Positions 41,301-56,574 of a DNA stretch of 64,000 bases are shown piece after piece. A program made the translations under genes and the position numbers. Numbering within the stretch: position 1 is the first letter of the stretch; each line of letters starts with the position of its first letter. Origin of the DNA: Nageia nagi (Eukaryota; Plantae; Pinophyta). The stretch spans positions 6,262,001 through 6,326,000 of the forward strand of contig JBITNC010000002.1 in NCBI GenBank assembly GCA_050084985.1, given 5' to 3'. Under the pieces are notes generated by a model. It saw nothing but the letters and a program-made list of their open reading frames with translations. It did not search any database and had not been told where the DNA came from.

Positions 41301-42054
41301 CTTACTTCATATTATGATGATCAATGCTTTTCTAATGGAGCTTAGCCACCTTAAGCTATAGTATGGGAGAGAAAAATAGATGCAAGTTTTTTCAAATAAT
41401 CAAACATCATGAGATTTCTACACAATGCAATAATTGAATCAAGAATCCACAAAAATAACATATAATATATAAGTGGGATATTAAGCCTCATAATAATGTA
41501 TAAATTAATAATCATGCTCAAAGGAGTCACCAACATGTGTTACCATGTATTAAATAAATAAGGTGGAAGTATCCTATAAATAGGCATATGTGTTGAATTT
41601 TTAGCCTAATCAAAGTTTTTTATCATTATAAAATTGATATTTTGTTCTATAATAGGATATCATAGTTCTAACCCCTCAGAATACCAATCAACATTCTAAT
41701 CCTCAAACCAATTGGATGATCGATTAGTTGGATGATTGATCCAATATTTCTAACTATTTAGTATGATGCATACTAATTTGCACTATCTCATGGGAAAAGG
41801 ATGATTTTTCTTAGTTTTTTGTTGGTTTCTTAGCTTGGATTATTTTCATTTTTATATGGTTTGTTGTTGTAAACATCAATAGCATGTAGAAGTGTAGTTT
41901 AATGGTTTATTTCAACTTTCAGAAGGATTTTATTATGTTTATTGTAGATTTAGTTTAATATGACAATACCATTCTCAAAACAATAAAATTTATAATTTAG
42001 TTCCATTAGAGAACTATACATGTACCATATTTCATTTTTCAATGTAATTCAATG

Positions 42055-42260
42055 AGCATATTTCCAAGAATTGCCTCATGTACTATAGTAATAGAAGCAT
42101 AGAAGGCATTAGAGGATGGGTACCAAGGTGATGATCAAGTGAAGCAAATCAAGCTTCAAACCTTGAAGAGAGAATTTTGAGAACATCAAAATAAATGAAG
42201 GAGAGAATGTAGGAGATTTTTGTAAGAGTTAAAGTTTGTGTAAATAGTCATGTAATTCTT
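42055..42260 (+). mobile_element. Copia gag fragment related to the element at 1-2634
   Basis: SIFPRIASC...GYQGDDQVKQIKLQTLKREF versus SIFPRITGC...GFQGSDQVKEVKLQILRIEF. Confidence 0.8.
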
Positions 42261-42279
42261 GGGATATTCAACTAGAAAA

Positions 42280-44000
42280 ATGATGTCCCTTGCAAAGAGG
42301 AACTTCTTATTTACCTTTTTATAAACCTTATAACCCTTGGTAGTATATGAGTACCCAAAGAAAATACATTTCTAACTCTTGACATCAAGTTTGCATATTT
42401 GTTACTTGGGGACTAGGGCATAATAGGTGGAACAAAAAATCCTAAAATGTTGAACTAAAGGAAGAGAACCAAACTACATTTCATATGGAGTTTTGTTGTC
42501 AAGAGTATGATATGGATATCTTTTTCTGACATACACTACATATTGAACTACACTACCCTAAAATATAGTTTTTACATTATTGAAAAAAAACATTGCTTAA
42601 GTCATATTCAATAAGATTCTATTCATCCTCTCAACTACACCATTTTGTTGCAAGTTGTAGGGAATAATTATTTGATACTTGATTCTATGCTAACTACTAT
42701 AGTTTTTGAATTCATATTATGTGTATTCACCACCATTTTCATAATGAAGTATACCAATATGAGTGTGATCCTCTTTCTCAATCACTATATAATATTGTTT
42801 AAACTTTTCAAAATATTCAGACTTATTCTTCAACAAATATACCCATGATATCTTAGTATAATCATCAATAAGGATCATGATATATTTGTTTCTAATATCA
42901 GAAGGGATAGGTAATGGTCCACACAAATTAGAGTGTATCAATTCTAATTTTTTACATGCTCTAAATTTTGAATCAAAAAAGGTTATTTATTGTGCTTTCC
43001 AAGGGCACATGCTTCATAAGGTTTTATTTTCCTAGGAATGGTAGGAAATCCTAAAAGATCTCTCTTTTTCAACAAACAAAGATCATCAAAATTGATATGC
43101 CCAAATCTTGCATGCCACAAAATACTGATGATTGACATAGGTAAAATTCCTTAATTTGGAAGAACTCCCATGCATATTCAATAGCTTCTCATCCTCCCTA
43201 CCATTCATCACTAATTTATTATCAAAAGAACTCCTTATATCCACTTTACCATCGAACATATGAATGGATGACCTTATTATCAAATCAAAAAAAGATAGAA
43301 CAATTTCCTTCATAACTCAAGAAGGTAGAGAACATCACAAAAAAGCATATCTAAAAGGCTTGGAAACATAAATCTCATAGTACCAATACCCAAAGGTTTA
43401 ATATTGTATCTATCAGCAAAATATACTGCACCATCAATATTGGTATTCATATCCTCAAATAATTTTAACAAAATGATATGTGATATGTTGCAATAGTATT
43501 AAGCAAACAACCATCTTTCCAAGATGAAAATGTAGAATTACACAAATTTTTAATTGTAGTATTGCACTAAGAAATAACATAATGAGCAAAATCAAAATTC
43601 TTACTCTTTTCTTGCTCTCATTTTTCATTTCTTTAATTGATTTTCTCTGATGGAGTCTAACAAGTATTAGCTTCATGCCCTCTTCTATCGCATTTTGTAT
43701 AATGAAGATTGTTCCTCTCTTCATGGTCACCTTGATTAGATCTAACCCTACCTCTATAATTCCTCCTACCATGAACATAGTTGCTACTTTCACCTTGTGA
43801 AGAATCATATGCAACATTCTTCCCCTTTTGAGCAATACACAATGGTGAGGTGCTAATTCACCATTTAATTTATCAATCCAATGTTCAAGTATACTAAGGT
43901 TGTGTGCAATAATAGCCTGATGATTTTCTATGATTTGTAAAAACACTTGCAAGAATTGAAATATAAATGAATTAGAAATCAAATAATCAATTAAAAACTC
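42280..44000 (-). mobile_element. Decayed Ty1/copia gag-protease-integrase remnant
   Basis: Zn knuckle HYTKCDRRGHEANTC (~43660-43700), LWHARFGHINF (~43085-43120), IHSNLCGP...IDDYTKISWVYLLKNKSE...ENGGEY (42717-42941). Confidence 0.88.
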
Positions 44001-44680
44001 ACACATCTAATTCTAAGAAAGTAGGGAAATAAGAAAGAGTAGCTTTCTATCAATTGAATGGGCCATTCTCCTTCGAATAAAAGCACCCAAAAAGAACTCA
44101 AGGAATTAAAAAATCACTCTTAAATTTTATTCATATATTATTGTTGAAATGAAATGAATACAATGTATAAGAGAACACCACCTTATGTCTATTACATTCT
44201 AACTCACGATCCTCTAACCAGCTTAAAATATTTTTGAGATTAAGTATTTATAATATACTTCTATAACTATAATATACAACCATCAAATCATTAACACCCT
44301 AACTGGTAATAAATAATTACACCAATCAAATACATAATAATCTCTAAACTTGAATATGCCCAAAGTTTGTTCCACATATGCTAAAGAGTACAAATTGGAA
44401 TAGGAAAAATTTTAAATCATATGCAAGATATATTTAGCTTTCCAACACTTCATTTTTTTTTAATGTTATATCACATGTTACTAAAGATTTCCAACTGTAT
44501 GAATATGTGATCCATAACTCTAGCACAAAAGAGATAGTTATACTTTTGTTCTTGGATGTTTGCTGAAAAAACTCCATTTATAATCAACACATGGAATGGA
44601 GATGCAAGATTCCATAAGCTTTTCTTCTCCTCCATGAATCCTCTTCTTCCTCCTACAACCCATGAAAACTCCAAACCAAT

Positions 44681-45066
<386 letters not shown>

Positions 45067-46576
45067 AAGAATTATTTCTAAAGACTATAACTAAATTTTT
45101 TATTTCATCTTTGATCAAGAGGAGTGGTTCTCCATATGACCTTGTCTTTCAAAAGAAGGTAATAAAACATCCTTCAAAATGATAATTATTAATAACATAA
45201 AACCTCCAAAATATGAAATATTAGCAAATAACAAAATATTGTATATATATCTAATTGGACTAGTTAGCATAATAAATATATATTATTATTTACTAATGTA
45301 TCCTTTTGTGCATTCTTCTAATGGTAGTATTATGTTAAAATGAGGTTATTTTTATGCCTCATCGCTCAATGTATCTGAAGTAGGATCGCTAGATTTTTTG
45401 CCAAATGCTTCACAACCTTATCCACCAAAGCATCAAATGTTAGAGATTTCAAGTTACCACTAGCTTGCAAGGATTCAAGATAATTTTAATATTTTAGGTA
45501 CAATTCCTTATTCAAATATGGGAGAGCAATGTTAATCTTCATACCATTAGAGTTAATGTCATTTCTATAATCTCATAAATCAACGTCATGGGGTCATCAT
45601 TTTTTTAACTCTAGGTTAAAAAGTTTCAACTGTAATTGGATTAATTCCAATTTGGAATGAGAGTCAAATAAGTCTTTGAGTTTCTTTAATGCCTTTCAAG
45701 CACTACCAATTGAGCTAATATGGTGGTTAACCTCATCACTAATTGAATTAGCAATCAAAATATATGCCTTACTATTTTTCATGTTCCAAACTACAAGCTC
45801 CTTGACACCAGTTGATTTGGTAGGTTGGTTATCACCATCACACACTCCAATCCAAAAAACATTAAAAAAGGTATGATTAATTTTTATAGATCACTCCAGC
45901 CAATTATTTTTATCATTTAAAACAACACCTACAATGATCATAAGGGAATGTATCTTTTCAATAGAAACTTCAAACTTTATTTATTTTCTTAAACTTTTAT
46001 AGTTCAAAAAATGCATACACATTCACACTTCTAAAATGTCCATACAAAACTAAAATTTATTTTTACTCTTAAGACACCATGAGACAAAATACACCACACT
46101 AAAAATACAAAAAATAAGGTCTCAAAAGAGATTCATTACATCACATGTCTCATCTTATGAGGATAGTTCCTTCAAGGAGGTGGCATCTTATGAGGAGGGA
46201 CAAAGCAGAGGTAGAAGAAATATATGATATCTCAACATCATCATATTTATCTTCATTATCTTCAACATCTACCAAATAACCTTTTTCCAACTCTTTTCTT
46301 ATTTTTGTAGCTTCAATTGTGACAAGATACTCTAAGGTTCAAAATCCTTTAACTATTCCATATTCACCAAATTTGACATCAAATGTATGCGATATTTACT
46401 AATGTATTTTTTTATTGCACACCAATAATAGTATCCATCATCTAACATTATTAAATTCTATACTAAATTAAAAAAAAATAGTAAAAGCAAAGTTCATTTC
46501 ACCAAGTTATGACTAAAAATGTCTTTATAATTCAAAAAATACCAAAAAATTCAATTTAATATGTTGATTATGTAAA

Positions 46577-46640
46577 AATAGGTGATTGGGCAAGTAAACA
46601 GAGTCAAATAGGTGATTGAGCGAGTTAACAGAGTCAAACA
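46577..46640. repeat. 30-bp tandem duplication
   Basis: aaataggtgattg(g/a)gc(a/g)agt(a/t)aacagagtc x2. Confidence 0.85.
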
Positions 46641-47318
46641 TTAAGGTGGAAATCAAGTGAGGTAGTGGATTTGAATGCCCATGTGGCTCATGTGGCTAGT
46701 ATCAGGTAAAAAATTTAGCAAGTCTGGATTGCAAGTTGGGCAAGGGAGGCACATTGGGGTTTGATAAGGATTGTAGATTCAAATGAGCTAGCTCGTATTA
46801 TAGAGTTAGGGCATGGATCAAGTTAGGTCATCCAATGATTAGAGCTCCATGTAGGTTGCACATCAAGCAACAGGTGTTTCATAGAAGGTGGACAAAGGTA
46901 AAATGATGTGAGGGGTATTCCAATGTATGACATGGGCTTCTTTCGTATAGTTTGGGGTCCACATCATAATTGCAAGTTGGGTTGGTATTGGCTCCACAAA
47001 ATGCTTCAAGATTCTCCCAAAAATAAACATCACTTTTTCTAAAACTACCAAAATCATAAATTAAAAAACCACTAAAAAATCCAATCACATAATGCTCATA
47101 TAGCTACAAAACTTCAAACTTGAATAACTTATCATTTCTTCACGAAATCACTCTGTATAAAAACCAAACTTGTTCTCCTAAAAAAATGTTATTCAAAAAT
47201 GTAATCAAGAATAGGTTTTAGTGCATGGATTCAAAGAAATATGAGAGAAAAGTTTTAATATGGATTTGGGCAACATTTTTTATCATCTTTATGGAGTTAG
47301 AGATAAAAAAAATCATGA

Positions 47319-47330
47319 GCTTTGATACCA
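47319..47330 (-). promoter_or_regulatory. tRNA-iMet-type PBS of another decayed LTR element
   Basis: Minus strand TGGTATCAAAGC, 1 nt from a putative LTR end (plus-strand TG at 47332). Confidence 0.6.
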
Positions 47331-50300
47331 TTGTCAGGCCAATAATAAATAATAATAACTTCAATATATAAAAAAAAGCATTAAATTATTCCCACAAATT
47401 GAGTAAATACAACATGAAGATGATTCTATAGATTCACCTCACATGGTGACCTTTGAGATACACATTATCTCTTCTACATGACTCTTAACTTCTTAATTAC
47501 ATATGCAGCTAAATTTACTAAATATAGTAAATATATTCCTACTTAATACGAACACCATAATCCCTAAGGATTATGTATCTAATAAAATCTACTGATAAGA
47601 TATAAAAACTAACTAAATTTAGCTTAAAATACTAAAAATCCTATGATAGTTTGATCAACTCAGATAGGGTTGGCTAGGAAGGATCGACCAATATGATACA
47701 AATTAGTTATCAAAGTTGATTGGTATGATTCAAATTGATTGAATATTTTCTTAAAATATAGACTTCATACTTCCAAATATAGTTTTAAAAAGAGTGAATA
47801 TGAAACCCTGGAAAGAATAAAAGGTGCTAATACCAAAAACTACATGAAATAACAAAAGAAAGTCAAAGTAAAAATAACAAAAAAAAGAAGTTTAAAAAAT
47901 CCTTCAAAATGATGCCTCATGGACCAAGGGAGTTTATATCATGATCACAAATTTGTAAATGGCATCAATAAACTCGATATCTCAACACAACTTGAGCTAC
48001 AACACACCTTGTTAGTACACCAAAAGGTCCCAACAATGTTGTACAACAAGAGTATCCTATGATATGATGAGTAAATAATTAAAACATGATAAGAGACTAA
48101 GGATAAAGAGATTTTTCCTAATTTGGATACTTTAAATATGATCAAAGACTTGCAAATAAGATATTGTTAATGGGGATTTCAAGGTTTTATATCCTTAAAA
48201 GCCTAAAACCATGCCAAATGGGCTTTTACACCCTCTTATGAGATTATAAATCCACTTTCCTTGAATCAACAAGGCATTAGAACATAAAATAATTCCTATT
48301 CTGTAATTTTACATGGATTTAACTAATTTAAATGCTTTTCTATGCTCTATAGATGATAAACCATAGATGAAACTAGGTTAAAGTTACTAAATATGGTTAA
48401 AAATAACAAATATGGTTAACAATACAAGCTTAATATGAAATATGATAATACCCACAATGATTAAAATACTTAGTAAATGAGTTAAATATGTTGGTATCTA
48501 ACATGAAATATATTTACCCTAGTTCACCTGATTTGTATTTTGTCCAAATGTCTCCCCATGAAAAATGTAGTTGCACTCCCTTACAAATAGTCAACTTGCA
48601 AAATTTATTTCTTTTGATCCAGAGCTTTGTTTTGCATGTTATTAAAAGCCTTAGAAAGGTATGGATGTGTAGAATCTACATACAAAATTTCATCCCATTT
48701 GGAGTAGTATAGGACCTTATGTTTTCACCTACACTAAAATTTAGTTGTACAAAATATTTCCTTTATAAAGGATAAAACACATCCAACAATCTTCCACTTG
48801 TTGAATCCTTTGCAAAGGGATAAACCAATCCTAAAAACTCACCAGTACAACACACATATTTAGGCTTGAATATAAATTTCCTCAAAGCTCCTACTCCATG
48901 CTCAATCACCAATATGATCCAAATCAAACATTTGTAGCATTCATCCAAGGATATGGACACATGCCTTAGTAGATTCATAAATAATCTCCATTCTTAAATG
49001 ATTGTCCATCATTAAACCTTCCATATCCATTGCACAAGGTTCCCACTTAAACATAGATCTCCTTCAAAACTTAGATCCCCACTAGATCTAACATACCAAG
49101 ATCTAATCCTAGATCTTACATACCAAATTTGAATTAAACACAAAACTCTTGCAATAAAGGTGTCCCTTTATTTCCTGCAACCAAGCCTTAACATCATATC
49201 TTGGGATCAAATAAGAAATAGATTTACCCTACACCAAAATGTATATGTACAAAATATTTCCTTTACAAAGGATGAAACACACACAACAAAATATGCATAA
49301 CACAAACAAAATCCTAAACTAACCTAAGTCCTATAATTATATTAACCTAGAATATGTTTACATGCAAATAATGATAAGATACACTAAATATATGCTAAAA
49401 AGGATTCCTTGAGAAGAGCTTAAAGAGGCTACAAAAACCTTAATAAAATAACATTAGATCATATAAAATGCCAAAAACAAGAGTATACCTCAAGATTCCT
49501 TGCATACAAAATGGACAATGTAGGCATGTAGTATGAATAATTATGTGTAGCTCAAAAGTAAGTGCAAAATGATTAGAATGATGAAGGACACAAGTACAAT
49601 CTATGAGGAATGCTAAATAGAGATCAAATTTAAAAAGTATCATTGCAATAGTTGATTTAAAATATTTTAAATTTTCCTTTTATATTTTCTATTTACAGGA
49701 TCGATATACCAATTAAGGTTTACATGTTGATTGGTTGGCCAATTGCTAAGCTGATTAGCCAATTGGTATGCTATTTTAAACTTTAATATTATGACCAAAA
49801 TATATAAAGTACTAAAATTATTTTATGATACTAGTCCTCATATGTTGTCAAAGGTTTGATATGATCATGATAAATTGATCATAAATATGTCAAAATGCCT
49901 CTAGATCACCTAAGCAAGGTGAACATGCAATTTTGAGGTGTTTATATTTAAGCCTTAAATTCTTCATTTTTAGGTGTAAATAATTTTTTTTTAATCATTT
50001 GTAAGTAAATAAGGCTATTTAATTATTTATCTTAAGTTTTGGGGCTTTATTTTCTAGGCTATGAAAAGTGTCGAGATTGTGGTTCTCTACTCTTTACTAA
50101 AAAGTAGAAAATTTTGGAAATTTAGCAAAATCTAAAAATAAAGAATTCAAGGAAAATGATAAAAATACAAACAAAATCATAAAATAATTAAAATATATAT
50201 ATTTAGTTTCTTTCTTTAGCTTATAATTTATTTTTGTACACTTCATGCTCATTTAGATTAAAATTTTATTCTAAAATAGCATTTATATTTTATCTTTTGG

Positions 50301-51799
50301 ATTTGATTTGCTATAAAGCATTTGATCTTTTTACCTATTTTGTAAAGCATATTGGAATATATGTAAATGGGGTTATTGATAAGGGAATAACACAACCAAC
50401 TTATAGTTTTCCAGCCTACCTATCTTGAACACTTGATTAGTATATTGGCTAAGGGAAAGCTAATAAGATTAAAATCTACTTCACATCACTTATCAGAATG
50501 ATAAAATTCAAAATAATGAAAAGATTAATATATATAATTACATAAATTTCATATTGTACCCTTGTATAATAGATTAAGAATATAATCTTATGTGTTACAT
50601 CTTTATTTCAATATGGCTCACATTAAATAAAAACCTAGCTTAGGGGTCATTATTTGTTTATTTCCATGGAACAAATCTTCATTGCATGTCAAATATTCAT
50701 TGGGTTTATCATTGATGCATCTTAATTGAGAACAAATTAAGTGGGAAGTTATAATCACCTAGAAAGTCATGGATTTTGATCCATATGTCCACATGATTGA
50801 AATACATAGTCAAAATGCACTTCAAGGTTAGTCTTGACCTAGTATCCCTACTACTACTTGCACACATGAGTATTGGGAAGATAAATCTCATAAGTTTCTT
50901 CATGATTGATTGGCACATAAGGAAGAAAACTCCCCCATGCCTAGTAGTCTTAATCATTCTCATTATCATGATGAAGATATTGATTTAACGCATCAATACT
51001 TAGTTCATTTGAGAGTCCCATAAATGACATTTACATTAACACATAGTCACCTTCTTGAGCATGTCCATGTAATGGAAAATACCTTCTATGAGGATAATAT
51101 TAATTTTACATATGAAATGATTCTTGTTAGAGAATACTATAGTCTACCTATAGTCTATGATACAATTATTCCCTAATATACCCATCCTTGTAGTCATCTG
51201 CGTTCTATCGTTGCTAGTGTTCAAATTGCACCATATGTAAAGTTGAAAGAGAAAGTTTTATGTACTATTACTAATGGTGAATTAGGGTTTTATTATATAG
51301 ATAATATCAATCCCCATCCATTTCCCTCAACTTGATTGATACCATATTTAGAGTTGATCCTCTTCCATTTATACTCCTTCAGATTCCACTTATAATCTAA
51401 ATATAGTGAAATAATATTTTTTGCAATTATGTGAAATAATAAATTTTTAGTATAATTATCAATTGGTATACCCCAAATGACTATCCTAATAGATGTTCTC
51501 TTTGGCATTAATTAGATTTCTCCATGCCACACATAGTTATATGGGTGCTTTATAAAAATTTGAATATGATTGAAAAGCCTTATAATAAAATAGGGTACTT
51601 GCCTATGACATGGAATGTTTGGGAAATATAAGCATGATATTTCATGAAAAATAAGATTTTTATATTAGTTCTAAATTCTTATTTTCTTCCATTCAGGTTT
51701 CCTAAATATGCTTGGTTTATGTAGTCCAATTTGTAAGTTATACATGATAGGGTTTTGAAATGACTAGCTATGGTTATGCTTACAAAATACTCCATCTTT

Positions 51800-54000
51800 A
51801 CCTTTAATTGCTTTTCATCATACTTACCTTTTTCTTTGGCCATTCTTGATACCACTCCATTTTATCATGCTCCTATTCCATTTCATGTGGTTTCTATCTC
51901 TCCCCATCATTTTATCTCTTAATTTTATTTGGATGCATCTTTCCTCTAATACTCTATTGTGAAAGCTCATATTTATAGGATTTGGAATATTATACCTAGG
52001 CCTTTGGGTGTTTTAGTTTGGATTAAATGATGTAATAATGTAATATAATGTACAAATACACTTATTTGTATGCTAGGAGTGGAATTATTTAAGCATTAGA
52101 GGCATTCTAATGCTACTTTGAAAGTAAAATTGGATATGACCTCTATTTACAACTTCAAAGCTTTCGTTTTTAACTCCTCTCTTCAAGATCATGATGCTAG
52201 TTTACAACACAATATTTGAAAGATTAAGCTTCATTAAGCTTGATAATGCCAACGTCATGTGAGATTATATTGCCTTAAAGTTGGAGATAAGTTGTAAAAA
52301 ATATTTTTCAAAAGGTTGAGGCCTTCATCCCAAACTACTCAATTTTAGGTTATTCAAGTTGATGGAGAAATATTTACCATATTTTTATATCATTATGAAT
52401 TTTATGAATTATTATCAGAAATATTTTTCTCCTCAATTGCTTCCTTTAACTCAATAAAAATATTTGAAGAAGCTTACTGCTGAGCAAACACAGTTATATG
52501 ATAAGCCTTCAACTCTTGACGACCTCTCATATGATCTCTCTCATATAGGTAATGACAAAGCCCATTTTTTGGATGGTTTTCATTACATAATAGATGAAGA
52601 GTTATAGGATATGGTTTTCCTAGATATTATTAATGTCTATAACAAAATAATGGGTTTTGGTTCTTTATGGGTTATCATAAATAAATATATAAACATTAAA
52701 TTCATTCCCAAAACTAGTGATCTTGAGCTATTACTAATTGGAGCCTTATTACCTTACTCAATATGAGTTATAAGATTTTTGTTAAGGCCTTAGATCTCAT
52801 GCTTAGACTTTAGCTTCCCATTATTTTTTGACCTGAACAAACTAGAATTATTCGAAGTATGTACATTCTTAATAATGAGCTTGCAATTTGAAAAGGCATG
52901 GAATGGCCAAAAACTTCAAACTATGATATGTTATTTGTTAAGATTGATTAGTATTATATCCTTACCATGTTGCTTCAACTTCATTAATTATATCAATGTG
53001 CTTTTTAAGGATACTTTAATTATTCTTACTTTGAATAGTTATCAATTTAAAACTATTGGCCTTTTTCATTTAGTTAGGAAGGATTGTATATTGGCTCCAT
53101 CTTTGTTCATTATTACAACTAAAGTTTTTAGCTATTTAGGGTTGCTCATGGTTTCATTCAAGGTATTTTCCTTCCTAATTTCCAAAGCCATATTATAAAT
53201 AGTTACTTTGTTGATGACTCATTGACCATTCATGAAGATGAAGAGTCAGTAGTCTCAACCCAAGTGGTTAGATATTTTTATTTAGCTTTTGGTTCTAGTA
53301 TCCAGTGGAAAAAATCCTCCTAATTTATGAAAGCCTTAATGCCCCTACCTAGTTGGTTTTCTCAACATTAATAGCATTAGATTCAACCTAGTGAGATTTT
53401 CAAATTCCTTGGAATGCCCTTTGCATTCCATAATTGTTATGATCAAATATAGGATTTTGTGATCTAAAAAAAGAAAAGAAGTTTTCTTATTGGACAACCA
53501 ATAAGCTTTCTCTTGGAAGCAAATTCCAATTTTTCTTTATAGTCCTAAGCACGACTCACATCTACTACTCATGTTGGGTGCCTTCGAAAACTTGTTGCAA
53601 AAAGCTTTAAATTATATTAAGAGATTTTTTTTAGGCTAATATTTCTCAAAAAAAGAGGTTCCACATAGCTGCTTGGGATATATTTTATCTTTACAAGCTT
53701 TCTAGTGGTATGGGCTTTTTAATTGTTAGCATCAAGGTGTTTTCTTATATGCAAAATGGATCATTAAAGCTATTAAGATGTTGAAGGATTGGAAATATCT
53801 CATTCACCATTATTTTTCTAAAGGTCTTCCCCTTGGAAACAAGGTATGATGAGGTATCAATCTTCAAGCCCTCCTTACTATTCTTGTCACTTTTAAAATA
53901 AAAGGATCTTATGTTATTTAGAGAATTTGGTGATCTTAAGAATCTCTCAAACCTTGGCTTTGTTAGATGGGATAAGGAAACTGAAAATGAACCTCTATCT
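51800..54000 (+). mobile_element. L1-type LINE reverse transcriptase remnant
   Basis: DKAHFLDGF (~52555), PKTSDLELITNWSLITLLNMSYKIFVKAL (~52705-52790), RKDCILAPSLF (~53075), FVDD (~53208), LGMPF (~53410), GMG (~53705); frameshifted. Confidence 0.85.
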
Positions 54001-54864
54001 TCTCTTTCAATATTTGATGGTCTCTTGTTATTACTTTAGAAGATCCTTTGTTGGCTAAAAGAATCAAATCCATATTAAGTCTTTTAATATATGCATACTT
54101 ATCTCAAAGATATTACATGTAGCTTAATGACATGATGTATAATCTTTCATTTTTTTATTCATGAAATATTTTCCTCCAACATCTTACTTTGTAAAGAGGG
54201 GCATAATCATATCTTCTTAGTATTTGCACTTTATTACTCAAGAAGCATGATCCTTCTTACATTTATAGCATGCTTGAAATATCAATAGCATCTCTTTAGT
54301 ATTATTTAGCATGACTTATCACTCTTTGAGGACATGATCATAGGCTAAATATTGGTATTTAGAGATTTATTATTTCTTATCTTATAGTCTAACTAGTCTT
54401 TTATAACTTATGCTTCTCTTATCAAGTAGCACACCCAAGAGGGAAACAATGGTGTGTTTGTGGAGTTTCATTATGAGGAAGCCATTTATGTGCCTAAACT
54501 TAACTTTGGCCATCTTTTGACTAGTAGTAATTACACCATAGGCATCCTGTTAGCAAGCAAGAAGCAAAATTATGATCAAGGGTTAGAAGAGATTAGTTGA
54601 TGGTTAAACTAATCATAGCTGTTCATTTATGTATGTGAACAAAAGTTTCCCAATACTTGTTTTGCTGTCATAAGTAAGAACATACATGCATCAAAATACC
54701 ATCACATGCAAAAGAGAATGAATTAATGCAAGTTATTTTTGAGCTACTATATTATTTTATAAGTTGTTATTACTTAGAACTGTGCATAAGAGTTTGATGT
54801 GGTTGTCATGTTTAAGAAGTTAGACAACATGATGGGAGATTCGGATGTATAATGTTATGTACAA

Positions 54865-55160
54865 TGAAAATAATGTTGAAGATTTATATTATGAAGCATT
54901 TATGAGTGATGGATGAAAATCTTGACATTCTTGCAAACATTTATAATGCTAAAAATTTAGATTGCAAAGCATTTATGAGTGATGCCAACATAATTTGATG
55001 AAATTAACTTTTGATGGCTTTTAAATTTTACAAGATTTTTATTTGCATTTATAATGTTGAAGATTTAGATTGTGAAGCATTTATGAGTGATACCAACATA
55101 GTTTGATGAAAATGACTTCCAACGGCTTTTGAATTTTACAAGATGCTTATAAAATAAATT
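54865..55160. repeat. Degenerate direct repeat x3 (ataatg.tgaagattta.att..gaagcatttatgagtgat core)
   Basis: Core seen at ~54870, ~54942 and ~55050. Confidence 0.8.
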
Positions 55161-56359
55161 ACAAAAACTAATGTTACTTTTCATCTCAAATCCAAAGAAG
55201 AGAAGATTCACAATAGCACCAAAACTAATAGAAAGCATCAGGAGGAGGTATACAAGAGCTAACAAGATCAAGTAATTCTTTTTCTTTATGCCATTTGTTT
55301 AAATGAACAAGTCATTATTATTTGTGTAATTCTCTTTTTTTCATTCAAAACTATATTTGTAACAAACATTTCATATACATTAATTATGTCTATATAATAT
55401 GATAAAAAATGTATTCCTATATGTAATAATTCTTTTTCTATTATGCCCATAACCTTGGATAAGATGGACAAGCTTATACCAACAACAGCCTCCATAACTT
55501 GCACCATGAACCAACCCAAATTAAGCTGAACACATGTTACTCTTAAACTCAATTCACTCTATAAGACATAAAATATCACTGCTTTAAAATAAAATATTCT
55601 CTATTAGAATGTTGTCTGTCTCTTCTTATGGAGACTCCCCAAAATACCTCAATTTCATAGAAGCATACTTTTATATTATACATTTTTCAACATTAATTTA
55701 CCTAATCAAAAGTCTAGGATTGAAGTTGGCATTGAGGTTGAGATTATGGTGTTGATGATTATTTATCTTTAGCAAAATAAGTTAATGAAAATTTGAAGTT
55801 GCAACCCTTGTCCAAATTGTCACTAGTATAGTTTAGTCACATTTTTCATTATTTATCTCCTTTTTTTCAAATGATGCTAATATAAACACAACATGAAAAT
55901 GCAAAAAAATATATGGTTTTTAAGTAAAAAATCATCATTCAATTTATAATTTTATAGTTGTCTACAACCCTATTGACATTTGTGAGGGCATAAAATTTGA
56001 GCATTGGATGATGTTCATTCAACATCACCAACATCCCATTGGTCAAACTCACTACTACCACCATTATTTAATTTGAGATAATTTCCTTCTAAAGGAAACC
56101 CTATAGGCCTTAAAATTTGAATAAATTATCCCTTCTCTACATATCTACATCATAGGTTTGATCTTCTAAAACAACATACGCTATTATGTATTTGAAGTAG
56201 AGACCAAAAAATATATAAAATGCTACAAAACATCAACAAAATCTGGTTTTGCCATTGAGCCTATGCATTATGCATAACATTCACCAACTTTAGCATAATA
56301 AATATTTAAAAAGAAGACCATAATAAATAGTGATCTACAAGACTAAAAGTGCTTAAATT

Positions 56360-56500
56360 TCATTTTGTAACAATGCCTATTTTCAACTCTTTGGCATATG
56401 TCCATATGTTTTTCTAGAGCTCTCATGGTTTCACATGCTTGAAAGGATGCTGGTGAAAGTTGTAGAGTTAGCTTTAGCTTTACACTTGACATAGTCCATG
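56360..56500 (-). pseudogene. PPR (PLS-class) gene fragment
   Basis: Frameshifted K.NSTTFTSIL.ACETMRALEKHMDICQRV resembles the PPR motif KPNS.TF.SIL.AC...GALE.G.DIHQ. Confidence 0.55.
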
Positions 56501-56574
56501 AAGGGTCTGCAATCACATTTGTCAAACAACTCATGCCTCTATGAAAAAAATTAACTAATGACACTATTTGTAGA

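Noticed and set aside
39780-41650. Possible 3' LTR/PPT and RT of the copia relic at 42-44 kb
   Set aside because: PPT-like tracts exist (~40456, ~40514), but I could not match two LTRs or read RT motifs reliably.
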